DNA from: Myxococcota bacterium
GTDB taxonomy: Bacteria; Myxococcota_A; Polyangia; JAAYKL01
NCBI GenBank assembly: GCA_028278265.1
Contig: JANQET010000406.1
Coordinates: 3,171-67,170, forward strand
DNA length: 64,000 bases
Reading direction: 5' to 3'
Made by a program: the position numbers and the translations under genes. The notes under the pieces were generated by a model. The model did not search any database. It had not been told where the DNA came from and worked only from the letters and a program-made list of their open reading frames with translations. Shown piece by piece: positions 47,150 to 57,900 of this stretch (position 1 is the stretch's first letter; every line of letters begins with the position of its first letter).

Positions 47150-48317
47150 ATCCGTTGATAAATCCGTTGCCGTACAATTCCCAAAGCCATGACAGCGACG
47201 GAAAGGGGCGAGTGAGCTCTAGAAAAGACGAACTGCACTCTTCAGTGAATTCAATCACCACTTTCGTTTTATTCACTGCGTTGAGTTTATCGCCCTCGGT
47301 GGAGGTAACGGTGAGCTCCAGGCCGTCCCATTCGTAGGTCGAGGTGGTCACTTGGTTCTGGCTTTCGGACTCGCATTTGGTGATCGTGCCGGTATCACCG
47401 GCGTATTCACAAGTGGTGATTGTCGTTAACGGTGTCGTGCTGTCCACGAAGTATTCGCAGCTGGTCAGCTTGGCCAAACGGCTCAGGGAATCGTACTCAT
47501 ATTCCTCGTAGCCCTCGGTCGGCACCCAATCGCCATCCACGTAGGCAAGCGCTTCTGCGCGTTCCAAGCGGCCTTTATCGTCATACTTGTACACCCATGC
47601 CATGCTGGCGCTCGGATCATCAGCCACAAAATCCTGGTACTGGGTGAGGCGCCCCCCGGCTCCATACTCGAATCGAAGGTCCAGCACAGTGGTCAGCTCC
47701 CCACCGATGTCGTATTCCCACTGTTCCTGTGAAATCCGCACCTGGTCGTCGAAGCTGTACAGCCGTTGGCGGGCCGACCCGTCCTGCACCCAATCGAGGC
47801 TCTTGAGCAACCCGTCGTTATCGTATTTGTACGTCCGGTCAGATTCGAAAATGACTTGACCGTTCTCCCACAGCTTGAGAACAAAAGCGGTTCGCTCTCC
47901 CTCGTCATCGTATTCATAAAGCAGCTCCTGTGAGAGCTCCCACTGCTCGTTGTCAGCCGCCTGGGGTATATATTGGGTCCACGATTTCATACCAAAGTCG
48001 AGCAACGGCGCCCCGTCGTCGCAATCGAACGGCCCATCGTCACCGTCTGAGTCTGAATCAGAATCTGAGTCCGAGTCTGAGTCAGAATCCGAGTCTGAGT
48101 CTGAATCCGAGTCTGAGTCTGAGTCTGAGTCCGAGTCCGAGTCTGAGTCTGAGTCTGAGTCAGAATCCGAATCCGCGTCCCCGTCGCTATCCCCGTCGCT
48201 ATCCCCGTCGCTGTCACCGCCGCTGTTGTCGTCATCATCGTCGCTGGGGTCATTCGTAGCGCAACCCCACACAACTCCACACAACAAGAGACTGTAAACT
48301 AACGTACGAATCATCAT
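47136..48317 (-). CDS. lipoprotein with a long (SD)n repeat and YD-type repeats (YKYDNDGLL, YKYDDKGRL)
   Basis: Signal [41 protein letters not shown]... run. The 3' end overlaps the outer-membrane protein gene by 14 nt. Confidence 0.75.
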   Translation of the reverse strand: MMIRTLVYSLLLCGVVWGCATNDPSDDDDDNSGGDSDGDSDGDSDGDADSDSDSDSDSDSDSDSDSDSDSDSDSDSDSDSDSDSDSDSDSDGDDGPFDCDDGAPLLDFGMKSWTQYIPQAADNEQWELSQELLYEYDDEGERTAFVLKLWENGQVIFESDRTYKYDNDGLLKSLDWVQDGSARQRLYSFDDQVRISQEQWEYDIGGELTTVLDLRFEYGAGGRLTQYQDFVADDPSASMAWVYKYDDKGRLERAEALAYVDGDWVPTEGYEEYEYDSLSRLAKLTSCEYFVDSTTPLTTITTCEYAGDTGTITKCESESQNQVTTSTYEWDGLELTVTSTEGDKLNAVNKTKVVIEFTEECSSSFLELTRPFPSLSWLWELYGNGFINGCEGL

Positions 48318-48535
48318 TACATCCTCCTTGTGTCCGGTCTATTAACGATTGACCGGTACACTCATGACAAAAAAATATACAGTTCAGTGGTACGAGACGG
48401 TGCGTTCCTTCCACACCTATCGGATAAGGACGAAAGTCACGAACATTTGGGGAAAAGAATCGACCAGGGTTATGAATCGAAATTTGATTAGGGAGTGCCT
48501 GGCGCGAAATGGAGCGATGGGTTATTTTTGCGGTG

Positions 48536-49300
48536 ATGATCGCTATTTCACTACAATCCGGCAGCAACGGTAACTGCATCTATCTCGAATCCCAGGGCCG
48601 TGGGGTGCTGATCGACGCCGGCATCAGCGGCATCCAGGCCGAGCGCCGCCTAGCCCATCACGGGCGCGACATTCGCGATGTCGAGGCGGTGATCATCTCC
48701 CACGATCACGCGGACCACGTCCGGTCGGCCGGCATCTTCAACCGCAAGTATGGGCTACCGGTCTACATGACCCACCACACGTTTCTCTCCGCTTCGACGG
48801 CAGGGGGATTGGGACGCATCGGTGCCCTTCACTACTTCTCCGCCGGGGACAGGCTCACCTTTGAAACCCTCTCACTGGAGACCGTTCCCACCGCCCACGA
48901 CGGTGTCGACGGTGCCGCCTTTGTCGCGACCGACGGCTCCTGTCGTCTGGGGGTGCTCACCGACTTGGGGCACCCCTTTGCCGGACTGGTGGAGCTGGTA
49001 CAATCGCTGGACGGGGTAATTCTCGAGAGCAACTACGATCCACAGATGCTCGAACGGGGCCCCTATCCCCGCTTCCTCAAAAACCGCATCTCAGGTCCCG
49101 GGGGCCATCTCTCCAACGATGAGGCCGCGGCGGTTCTCCTACGGGCCAAACAGGGGCTGCGCTGGGCCTGTTTGGCGCACCTGTCCGAGATGAACAACAC
49201 GCCGGACTGCGCGCTCCACACCCACCGACGGATTCTGGGCGGCGAGCTCCCCCTGCACGTGGCCAGCCGGTACAAAGTGGGCGCGGCGCTCGAGCTATAA
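48536..49300 (+). CDS. MBL-fold metallo-hydrolase
   Basis: ...SGSNGNCIYLE...LIDAG...ISHDHADH (HxHxDH) motif. Confidence 0.75.
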   Translation: MIAISLQSGSNGNCIYLESQGRGVLIDAGISGIQAERRLAHHGRDIRDVEAVIISHDHADHVRSAGIFNRKYGLPVYMTHHTFLSASTAGGLGRIGALHYFSAGDRLTFETLSLETVPTAHDGVDGAAFVATDGSCRLGVLTDLGHPFAGLVELVQSLDGVILESNYDPQMLERGPYPRFLKNRISGPGGHLSNDEAAAVLLRAKQGLRWACLAHLSEMNNTPDCALHTHRRILGGELPLHVASRYKVGAALEL

Positions 49301-49313
49301 TCGGCGGGCTCGA

Positions 49314-50444
49314 TCAGCTCCTCAACAGCTCGGTCCAAAAACGGATGATTTGCCAATAACTGACAATGGCGTGGGTGGTGGTCTGATCCTGGCCCAGCTC
49401 CACATGCCGGATCAGGTCACTGATCACCACGGTGGCGTCGGTTGCTTTCGACGCCCACTCGTGTAGCGCCGCCGTTTCCGACGGGGGAATGACATTGTCC
49501 ACGCTGCCGTGCAGGAGAAACACCGGACAGCTGGGCGGCTCCCCCTGCACCGGTGAGAGAATCGCCGGCGGATGATAGTTGCGGACAAACGGTTCGAGCA
49601 GGGCCCCCAACGCTTCGGTGTTCCGTTCCAAGCACTGCTCGATGATCCGCTTTGCCGATGGTCCCAGTTGGTCGAGTTGGGCCTTGATCCCCGCGTGATC
49701 CTCTCGAAGATAATCGAACAACGCTTCCCTCAACTCTATCTCGTCGTCCGGCGATACCAATTGATCGACAAACCGAAGCGCGATCACCGCCTGACCGTAG
49801 ACGTGGGGCGGCAGCTTACTGCCCCCCGGCAAATCACCGGTCACCAAGTAGGTCATCGTTCGTTTCAGATCGGCGTGCCCACCAAAAGAAAACACAAATC
49901 GAACCCGGTCTCGCAGCTCAAGTGAAGCCGCGGCGCTGAGACCGAGCCCGCCGGAAAAACTGATCCCCAAAATCCCGATGCGGTGGTCGTCGGCCGCCCC
50001 GGTCAATCCCGAATCGTTCAAGGCCCAGAGGGCGGCCTGTTTTATATCTTCCACCGCCATCGGGTTGATATCGTAGTGCTTCAGATGTGCTATCTCGGGG
50101 GTGACCACCGCGTGTCCGAGACCAGCCAGTATCCTGGCAAACCGAACCAATCGAACCTCGTCATACCCCTCCCGATGAACCCCGTGGATCACCAACAGCA
50201 CCGAATGGTATCCCTCTCGGGGAAGGTACATCCGGATCGGGATGCGCCTTTTGGGGAGTTCAACGACACTTTTGACGATATGAAACGGATGGCCAGCTCT
50301 CGCCACAGCTTCGTCGGCACTCCTCATGCGCAACAAAAATGAGGCGCCGGGAACAACGAGGCGATAAAAGACACCCCCGGCGATTGACGCCAACAAGAGC
50401 ACTGCGATGAACCATCGATGTTGTAAGAATGATCCAAATCTCAT
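49314..50444 (-). CDS. alpha/beta hydrolase (dienelactone hydrolase/peptidase S9-like) with an N-terminal TM anchor
   Basis: GISFSGG nucleophile elbow. N-terminal hydrophobic helix. Confidence 0.7.
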   Translation of the reverse strand: MRFGSFLQHRWFIAVLLLASIAGGVFYRLVVPGASFLLRMRSADEAVARAGHPFHIVKSVVELPKRRIPIRMYLPREGYHSVLLVIHGVHREGYDEVRLVRFARILAGLGHAVVTPEIAHLKHYDINPMAVEDIKQAALWALNDSGLTGAADDHRIGILGISFSGGLGLSAAASLELRDRVRFVFSFGGHADLKRTMTYLVTGDLPGGSKLPPHVYGQAVIALRFVDQLVSPDDEIELREALFDYLREDHAGIKAQLDQLGPSAKRIIEQCLERNTEALGALLEPFVRNYHPPAILSPVQGEPPSCPVFLLHGSVDNVIPPSETAALHEWASKATDATVVISDLIRHVELGQDQTTTHAIVSYWQIIRFWTELLRS

Positions 50445-50514
50445 GGCACGACCTGGATTGGGTCATCTATCATCTAACAGGGATTGTCAATCGCGACGCC
50501 AGGAGATGTCAGTA

Positions 50515-51789
50515 TTACTGAAACCCGTCGAGATAATCCTGCTGCCAGACGGCGGTATCCATTGAGGTGATCAAGCCGGTTTTGTACACGGCTCGCTCGA
50601 GCTGGTGCAGGCGATCGGTCAGGCTGCCGGTGATCCCCACCGACATTCGGATCAATCCCGAGGACAAGCCCATCTCTTCTTGGGCCGCTGCCGGAATTTC
50701 CGATGAGGTGGTCGATCCTGAACAGGACATCAGGGTGTCGTAGTACCCCAACGAAACGGCCATTAGGCCAAACTGTTCGTCGTTTTGTAGTGCGGCGATC
50801 AACTGTTGGGCCTTCTCGTTGGTTTTGCAGTCGATCGCCACCACGCCGCCGAATCCGTAGCCGTGGTTGAACATGCGCTTGACCAGGGCGTGTTGGGGAT
50901 GGGAGGGCAGCCCGGGATAGGCGACCCGTATCCCCATCTCCTCCAACCGTCGGGCCACGGCCATCGCCCGGCGGCCGTGTTCGCGCATGCGCACCGGCAG
51001 GTGGGGCAGTCGTTGGATGATGTCATAGGCTACCCGGGGATCCATTGTCGGACCGAAGAGCATCACCCGGCCGTGGTGCAGGTCCATCAGCTCATCGATA
51101 AAACTCTGCGGCCCGCAGATCACCCCGCCTAGGATATCGCAGGCCCCGTTGATGTGCTTGGTCAGCGAGTGGATCACGATGTCAGCGCCGTGGTGCGCCG
51201 GGGTCACCAGGGTCGGGGCAAAGGTGTTGTCGATGACCAACGGAAGGTGGTGGTCGTGGGCCACAGCGGCCAACTGTTGAATATCGACCAGACTCAAGGT
51301 GGGATTGCCCATGGTTTCGGCAAAAATCAATTTTGTCCGCGGGGTGATTTGTTCGAGAAATCCCGCTGCATCGGCGTGGTGCACAAAACTGGTGGAGATT
51401 CCCATTTGGGGAAACACCTCGCTGAGCAGGGCATGGGTACCACCGTACACCGTATTCGAGGAGACGATGTGATCCCCGCTTTGACACAATTGCAGCAGCG
51501 TGCAGGTAATCGCCGCCATACCGCTGGCCGTACACAGGCCCGCCTCCATCCCCTCCAGACCGGCCAATTGGCGACCCAGCACCGATACGGTCGGGTTGTA
51601 ATGACGACTGTACAAATAGCATCCGCCGTTGTCCGGCCCCCGCTCCCCCTCAAAGATCAGGGGCATTGTCTCCGGCTCCATCACCGTAAATGTCGTGGAG
51701 CGTGAGATAGATGGCACCACGCCGCCGTGTTCCCCAAATTCGCGTCTGACGTTGCACAACAATTGCTCGGGATCGTCTCTTCTCATCAT
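50515..51789 (-). CDS. Cys/Met-metabolism PLP-dependent enzyme (cystathionine gamma-synthase/lyase or O-acylhomoserine sulfhydrylase family)
   Basis: SLTKHINGACDILGG PLP-lysine motif. Family-typical glycine-rich regions. Confidence 0.8.
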   Translation of the reverse strand: MMRRDDPEQLLCNVRREFGEHGGVVPSISRSTTFTVMEPETMPLIFEGERGPDNGGCYLYSRHYNPTVSVLGRQLAGLEGMEAGLCTASGMAAITCTLLQLCQSGDHIVSSNTVYGGTHALLSEVFPQMGISTSFVHHADAAGFLEQITPRTKLIFAETMGNPTLSLVDIQQLAAVAHDHHLPLVIDNTFAPTLVTPAHHGADIVIHSLTKHINGACDILGGVICGPQSFIDELMDLHHGRVMLFGPTMDPRVAYDIIQRLPHLPVRMREHGRRAMAVARRLEEMGIRVAYPGLPSHPQHALVKRMFNHGYGFGGVVAIDCKTNEKAQQLIAALQNDEQFGLMAVSLGYYDTLMSCSGSTTSSEIPAAAQEEMGLSSGLIRMSVGITGSLTDRLHQLERAVYKTGLITSMDTAVWQQDYLDGFQ

Positions 51790-51956
51790 TCCTCCTATCG
51801 TTTCGATAAAAGTCGAGTTAGGACCAGTGTCACTGCCCTGTCATGGCTCGGTGTTACGTACAAAAAGACAACATCGGTTTATTTTTGCTAAACTGTAGGG
51901 ACCACGTTTGCAATTGGACAAAAAGAAAGGCCAACGGGCAGATAGACAGCAGAATC

Positions 51957-53504
51957 ATGAATGGGCAAAGGGGACAGAGGGAAATGGGGCTGGCCCATGG
52001 CCGGTGGCGCGGGCCGGTGTTCGCACTCGTCTGCTGGTTGGTGGGGTCGTTTGCGCTTTCAGGGACGGCCCAACGGAATCCGGTATCGAGCAGCCCTGTC
52101 TATCCCGGAAAATCCATCGGCGATTTCTACGATCGATTGGCCGGCGACTTGAAACAGGGTAAGCCACTGGTGGTTACGGTGTACGTGGCGCTTTGCGACA
52201 ACGCGTCCCAGGGAATCGTTCGGACGAAGAATCCGCGCATTTGTCAGGGAGATCATCCGGAGCGCAATCTCTACTGGGCCTCGAGCGGCGGCCTGATGGG
52301 TCATCTGCGCACGCAGCCCTGGAAGCGGGTCCTCTACCGACCCTCGGCAACCGACAAAATAGCCATCACAGGTGTATGGACCCGACGTTTTCGCCCGGGC
52401 GGTGCGCTGGCCAAGCGGGGGGTAAGCGGTAGATTTCCGGTCTATGTGGTTGGGCTGGGGTATCGGGGAACCGAAATCCATGGGGCGATGGTGGACTACC
52501 TAAAGGCGGTTTCAGGGGATCGACCGGAGATCATTGACATCGATGGGCAGACGACCATCCAATTCGGCGGTGGCGCCCACATCGTCGGTTATGTGGGACA
52601 TGACTACTTCATGGACGTGCGCGATGAGGCGTCGCTGCTGTCCCACACCCGCGGGCAGACGACCCTGCACAAAGGGGTGTTCGGCCTGGCCTGCCATAGC
52701 GACAACTACTTCCGCCCCGCGATTCAACGCCGGACCAATCACATCCTCGCGCTGAACACCCAGCTCACCTTTCCCAGCGCCTTCACCGTGCTGGGCATAA
52801 TCCGCGCCGTCGCGGCGGGCAAGGATCACCGGGGTATCCACCGGGAGGCCGCCCGGGCGTTTGCCAAGGGACAGCGACAAACCGTGCGCACAATGCTGCG
52901 CGCGTTGTCATACGGGGACAAACCCCTGACCGAAGATGGCCCGCACGATCAGGTGGAAGTCGTCTGTCGCCAGCAGTGGGGTGCCAAGCCGATGACACGA
53001 TCCTATCGCGATCATCATATCCACCGAATAACCCTCCATCATCAAGGAGTACGTCACACCTCAGCGCAAAACACCGCCGAGCGGCTAAAAAAGATGCAGC
53101 AGTATCACCAGAGCGAGACCGTTGGTTTTAACGACATTGCATACCACTTCATTATCGATCCAAACGGCGGGGTGTACGAGGGGCGGCCGTTCAACGCGGT
53201 CGGTGAAACCCAGACCGACTACGATCCCACCGGGCACCTGTTGATCTGCCTGCTGGGGGATTTCGACGAACAGACGCCGACCAAGCCGGCTATCGAGGCG
53301 CTGACGAAATTGTCGACCTGGGCCGTGCAAGCGTTCGACACCGATGTGGAGACCATCCAGGGTCACCGGGATCACACCGAAGGAACCTGTCCTGGATCCA
53401 ACCTCTACCGTCTGATCCAAGAGGGAACACTGAAGGCACGAGTCCGCGAGCTGGCATCGTCACAGCGAATGGAGCTGCACATCCGTTGCGAGCCGGAGAT
53501 CTAG
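51957..53504 (+). CDS. secreted protein with a C-terminal N-acetylmuramoyl-L-alanine amidase (Amidase_2/PGRP) domain
   Basis: Signal ...GPVFALVCWLVGSFALSG. PGRP-like ...HHQGV...YHFIIDPNGGVYEGR...GHRDH...CPG. The start is chosen at the internal ATG before the signal peptide. Confidence 0.7.
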   Translation: MNGQRGQREMGLAHGRWRGPVFALVCWLVGSFALSGTAQRNPVSSSPVYPGKSIGDFYDRLAGDLKQGKPLVVTVYVALCDNASQGIVRTKNPRICQGDHPERNLYWASSGGLMGHLRTQPWKRVLYRPSATDKIAITGVWTRRFRPGGALAKRGVSGRFPVYVVGLGYRGTEIHGAMVDYLKAVSGDRPEIIDIDGQTTIQFGGGAHIVGYVGHDYFMDVRDEASLLSHTRGQTTLHKGVFGLACHSDNYFRPAIQRRTNHILALNTQLTFPSAFTVLGIIRAVAAGKDHRGIHREAARAFAKGQRQTVRTMLRALSYGDKPLTEDGPHDQVEVVCRQQWGAKPMTRSYRDHHIHRITLHHQGVRHTSAQNTAERLKKMQQYHQSETVGFNDIAYHFIIDPNGGVYEGRPFNAVGETQTDYDPTGHLLICLLGDFDEQTPTKPAIEALTKLSTWAVQAFDTDVETIQGHRDHTEGTCPGSNLYRLIQEGTLKARVRELASSQRMELHIRCEPEI

Positions 53505-53567
53505 CCCCAAAACAAAGGGGTCCGATTTCGCTTGACAATTAGAGTTCTAATCATTAGATTTCAAATC

Positions 53568-54017
53568 ATGAAGCAGCCACCAGACACCATTATGGCCCGA
53601 ATCAGTTTTTTACACCTGACCTGGGTTCGCCATTTGACGCGTGCCCTGCGGCCTTGGGGGGTGACCCCGAAGCAGATTTACTTGTTGCGACAACTTTCAG
53701 AACGTCCATACCTGTATCCCGCTCAGGTCGCACGTTTATTGTTCTGCGATCGCCCCACTGCGACATCGATCGTCAATACGATGGAACGCAGGAAATGGGT
53801 CAAACGAACGACCGATCCAGACAACCGAAAATTTGTTCGCATTGCAATTACTGCAAAGGGTAAAAAAAAGCTGGCCGCCGTTCCTCTAGACAAGTATCGG
53901 ACCGGTCACACCGAATTTGATCCAATCTCCTGTTTGAAACCAAACGAACAGCAACAGCTGTCGCGGTTGCTCAAAAAACTGCGCGAGCACCTCGAGCAGC
54001 TCAACGAGGAGGCATAA
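53568..54017 (+). CDS. MarR-family transcriptional regulator
   Basis: wHTH ...LTPKQIYLLRQLSERPYLYPAQVARLL...TDPDNRKFVRIAITAKG. Start uncertain (alternatives at 53532 and 53592). Confidence 0.75.
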   Translation: MKQPPDTIMARISFLHLTWVRHLTRALRPWGVTPKQIYLLRQLSERPYLYPAQVARLLFCDRPTATSIVNTMERRKWVKRTTDPDNRKFVRIAITAKGKKKLAAVPLDKYRTGHTEFDPISCLKPNEQQQLSRLLKKLREHLEQLNEEA

Positions 54018-54021
54018 TTTT

Positions 54022-54696
54022 ATGATTATCTCTACATCAGAAGAACAAGTCAGGGCCAAAGCCCGACAAGAATATGAAACCGGCTCGGCCAATTTTACGA
54101 TTGATCGAAGCAAGTGTGCTCTAATCGTCATCGACATGCAAGAATCGTTTGTGACGCCAGGGCGCTCTCCATACTGGGTTCCAGCAGCAACAGGTCAAAT
54201 CTCAACGCTGGGAAAACTGATTGAGCGTTGCCGGCGACAGAAAGTACCAATCATCTACACTGCGTTTGGCCATACGCACCACCGTTTGGATCGTCCCCAT
54301 TCGCTGTCCCTGATGCCGCTGGGGAAACCACTCGAGCATCACCCTCAAACGACGGCTGACGAGCGCGATCCAATTTGCGACGCATTGAGCCCGGAGCCGG
54401 AGGATGTGGTCATTTACAAACCATCATACGGCGCCTTTATTGATACCCCTTTGGAAACCATCTTGAAGAATTTGAATAAAGACACCGTGATCATCAGCGG
54501 AACATTGACCAACTTCTGCTGCGGCGCCACCGCACGTCAAGCATTCGAACGGGGATTCAAGGTGGTGTTCGGAAGTGACGTCAATGCCACCGATCTACCA
54601 GAGATGCACGAAAACGAGCTCAAAGTGCTTCGCCGTGGATTTGCAAAAGTTTTGAACGCCCAAGAGATTATTGAGGCGTTGGAGAACACCCCGTAG
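54022..54696 (+). CDS. isochorismatase-family cysteine hydrolase
   Basis: ALIVIDMQESF...ISGTLTNFCCGATARQA (catalytic Cys context). Confidence 0.8.
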   Translation: MIISTSEEQVRAKARQEYETGSANFTIDRSKCALIVIDMQESFVTPGRSPYWVPAATGQISTLGKLIERCRRQKVPIIYTAFGHTHHRLDRPHSLSLMPLGKPLEHHPQTTADERDPICDALSPEPEDVVIYKPSYGAFIDTPLETILKNLNKDTVIISGTLTNFCCGATARQAFERGFKVVFGSDVNATDLPEMHENELKVLRRGFAKVLNAQEIIEALENTP

Positions 54697-54942
54697 CACG
54701 GATCGCCTGCGCGGTCTATTGGCCTATTTCCCACTCACAAACCCACTGCACATACTCGATGACCACCAATTCGGCTCTCCCCCGGTTCGCTGCCAGACGG
54801 TAACTTTTCCTTGGAGCAAAAAAACTGAACATTGTGAAGCGGACCGTCATTAAACATGCAGCAAGTATTGTTTCGAAGTCTCAAAAGCGGGGATTGGATG
54901 TATCGATCCGCTCTTGCGCGGATTTTAACAAGGAGGAGAGCA

Positions 54943-57900
54943 ATGAAGCGACTGTTGGTTGGATCGGTTTTGCTGATGGCGTTGTCACTTTCCGTTGGAT
55001 GTGATGATGAAAGCACGCCTCTCGACGTGGACAGCATCTCATTGGATCAGGCGCGACCGCCCTCTGCCCCGGAGCGGCACACCCTCACCCTGATTACCGG
55101 TGACCGGCTCGAGGTCTTAAAAAGCGCCGATGGATCATGGAAAGTGGCGATTGACCAAGCGCCGCGGTCTTCGGGACCAGTAGCTTTTACGCGATTTCGC
55201 CATCCGAAAAAGGGGCTTTATGTGATGCCCGTGGATGTGAAACACCTCATTCCCGAGGTGATGGATGCACAGTTCTTCAACATTGAATATCTCATTGAGC
55301 ACAAAATGGATGATGCGCATCAGAGTTTTGTCTCGGCGATCGTTTCCACTGAAGACTCGTCCGCGCACCAGCGAGCCACGGTCAGCACTGCGCTCAACTA
55401 CCGCCGACTACCTGCCGCCGGTTTGAGCACTATCACCGTGAGCAAAAATCAGCTGCGCGGGCGGGCCAATCCCCTCTGGCAATTTACCGGTCAGCGGGCC
55501 GGTTTGACCCTGAGCGGAGTCAAAAAGCTTCGCCCCAATCGGGTATTCAAAGCGCTGCTCGCCGAGGCGGTTCCAGCAGTTGGCGGAGACGTGGCCCAGC
55601 AGACCCACGGACTCTACGGCAAGGGGATCAATCTGGCGGTGCTCGACACCGGGGTGGACAGCGCCCATCCGGATTTCTATTTTGAAGATGGTTCGTCAAA
55701 GTTGGTGGTCGATGAAAACCTGACCTGTTTTACCACCGACGATCCCTTTTATTGCGAAGACACCCCGCTGGACCTGGAAGGCCATGGAACCCATGTCTCC
55801 AGCATCGCCGTGGGCACCGGCGCGGGCAGCGACGGTCTGTACCGAGGGGTGGCGCCTGAAGCCTGGTTGATGAACGTCAAGGTACTCAACAGCATGGGGT
55901 TCGGCTTGGAGACCGATATTATCCAAGGGATCTTCGTCGCGGCATTGGGCACCAATGACGTTCGCGGGGATGAGCCGGAGATCGAAGCAGATGTGATTTC
56001 GATGAGCCTGGGGGGACCGGTGCTCACCGATGGAGAAGACCCGATGATTGCGGCGGTCAACCAGGTGGTCAACGACCACGGAGTTATTGTAGTGGTCGCC
56101 GCGGGCAATGATTGGAATGCCTTTACGGTAGGGAGCCCGGCAGCCGCCGCGGGGGCCCTCGCCGTGGGGTCGAGTACGAAATGGGCGCCGTTTGTGGTGA
56201 GTGACTTTTCCAGCCGCGGTCCGACCCGAGGCGAGTTCGCGCTCAAACCCGATATCGTCGCCCCGGGGGAGGAGATCATCGCCGCGTGCAGCTCTTTTTC
56301 CTACTGGTTGGAGTGTGATCCCCTCGCGCCCTACATCGCCATGTCGGGCACCAGCATGGCCACCCCGGTGGTTGCCGGTGGGGCGGCTCTCCTCGTCGAG
56401 CACGCCGCCGGGAGCGGTCAATTGTTGAGCCCCCAGGCGCTGAAGGACCGGTTGCTCTCGAGCAGCGAGGTGTTGACGTCTTTGTGGGATCCGGATCAGC
56501 CCGCCAGCGCATATGAGCAGGGCGCCGGATTGATGAAGCTCGATCGGGCCCTGACCGCCGAGCTCGTTTTCTCGCCGGCCAATCTGAGCCTCGGATTGTT
56601 CACCTACGATGTGGCCGAGTGGGAGCGAACCGCGCAACTGACCAACCGGTCCGACCAAACAAAAACGGTCGATTTGGCCATTGCCCTCACTTCGGAATAT
56701 CTGGACTACAGCGACGCTATTTCCCTCACCCCGTCTCAAGTAACCCTGGCACCGGGGGCTACCGCCGAGCTGACCGTTCGGGTCGACCTGCAAGCGCTGC
56801 CCTTGCCCAAATTGCAGCAGGCGTTCGACGGTCGAATCACTGCCCAGGTGAATGGGCAATTGGCGGCTCACAGCATCTTGGGCTTTACCAAGGAGGGAGA
56901 GCTCTATCCACTCACGATCCAAACCATCGGCCTCGACGGGGGGCCGCCGTTCTGGCCCGATGTGTATGTCTACGATGCTGAAGATTCAGCAGGCTTCTTC
57001 AATGATCCGTGGGTCACGTTTCCCGATGCTGAGGGCTACTTGCGACTGCGCGTACCGGCAGGCATCTACAATCTGACCCTGGAAATCTACGACTTCGCTG
57101 ACGAACTCGCCAGGCACACCCGGGTTTCCGAGCTGGAGCTGGAGGTGGCCAATACCGCAACGAGCGCGGTGCTCGACGCCCGCTTGGCCGAGCCGGTGGT
57201 CTTCGATCTGGCGGCCGATCCCCTGGCCACATCGACCAAGGAGTTCAGCACCACTTGGGAGTATGTCTGGCCTGGAGACGGGTGGTCTATTTCGGTCGGC
57301 TCCAGTGGGTTCGATCAGTTGATGGTGTACAGCAACAAGCAATCGACCATCGGCACCTTCGGCGTGCTCAGCCAGTGGGTCAGGGGACACGAGCCGTGGT
57401 GGGAAAGTGAAGTGCTCTACAACTGGACCGACACCCGGGGCCGGGACGAGCCCTACCTGCTTCGCGTCACAGAGACAGACCTCGAGAATGCGGGAATGGC
57501 CGACATTCACTATCACTCCGAGCGACTCACCGAGGGATATATCGGCGAATGGGCCTGCCCCACCGATCTGACCGTGCTGCCGCTCTACTGCAATTTCGTT
57601 TGGATCTGGTCGTATCTCACACCGCTACCCGCGGTCCAGCGCCAGTACTACAACCCGCTGGTTGCCGCCCACAACACCCTGTACGAACCGCTGCCCTGGG
57701 AGCTCCTCTTGTGGGACAATGAACAGACTATCGTCGACGGCGTATTGATTGAAGGAAAGGTCTGGCAACCCGGAGAGCAACAACGGGTCCATTGGGGTCA
57801 ACGACCGATGAAACCGGCCTATCAGCACGTTTGGCAAATCGACAACACCCTGGGTATTTGGGGTCATTCAGTTGAAGATCCACAGGGCCACTATAGCTTG

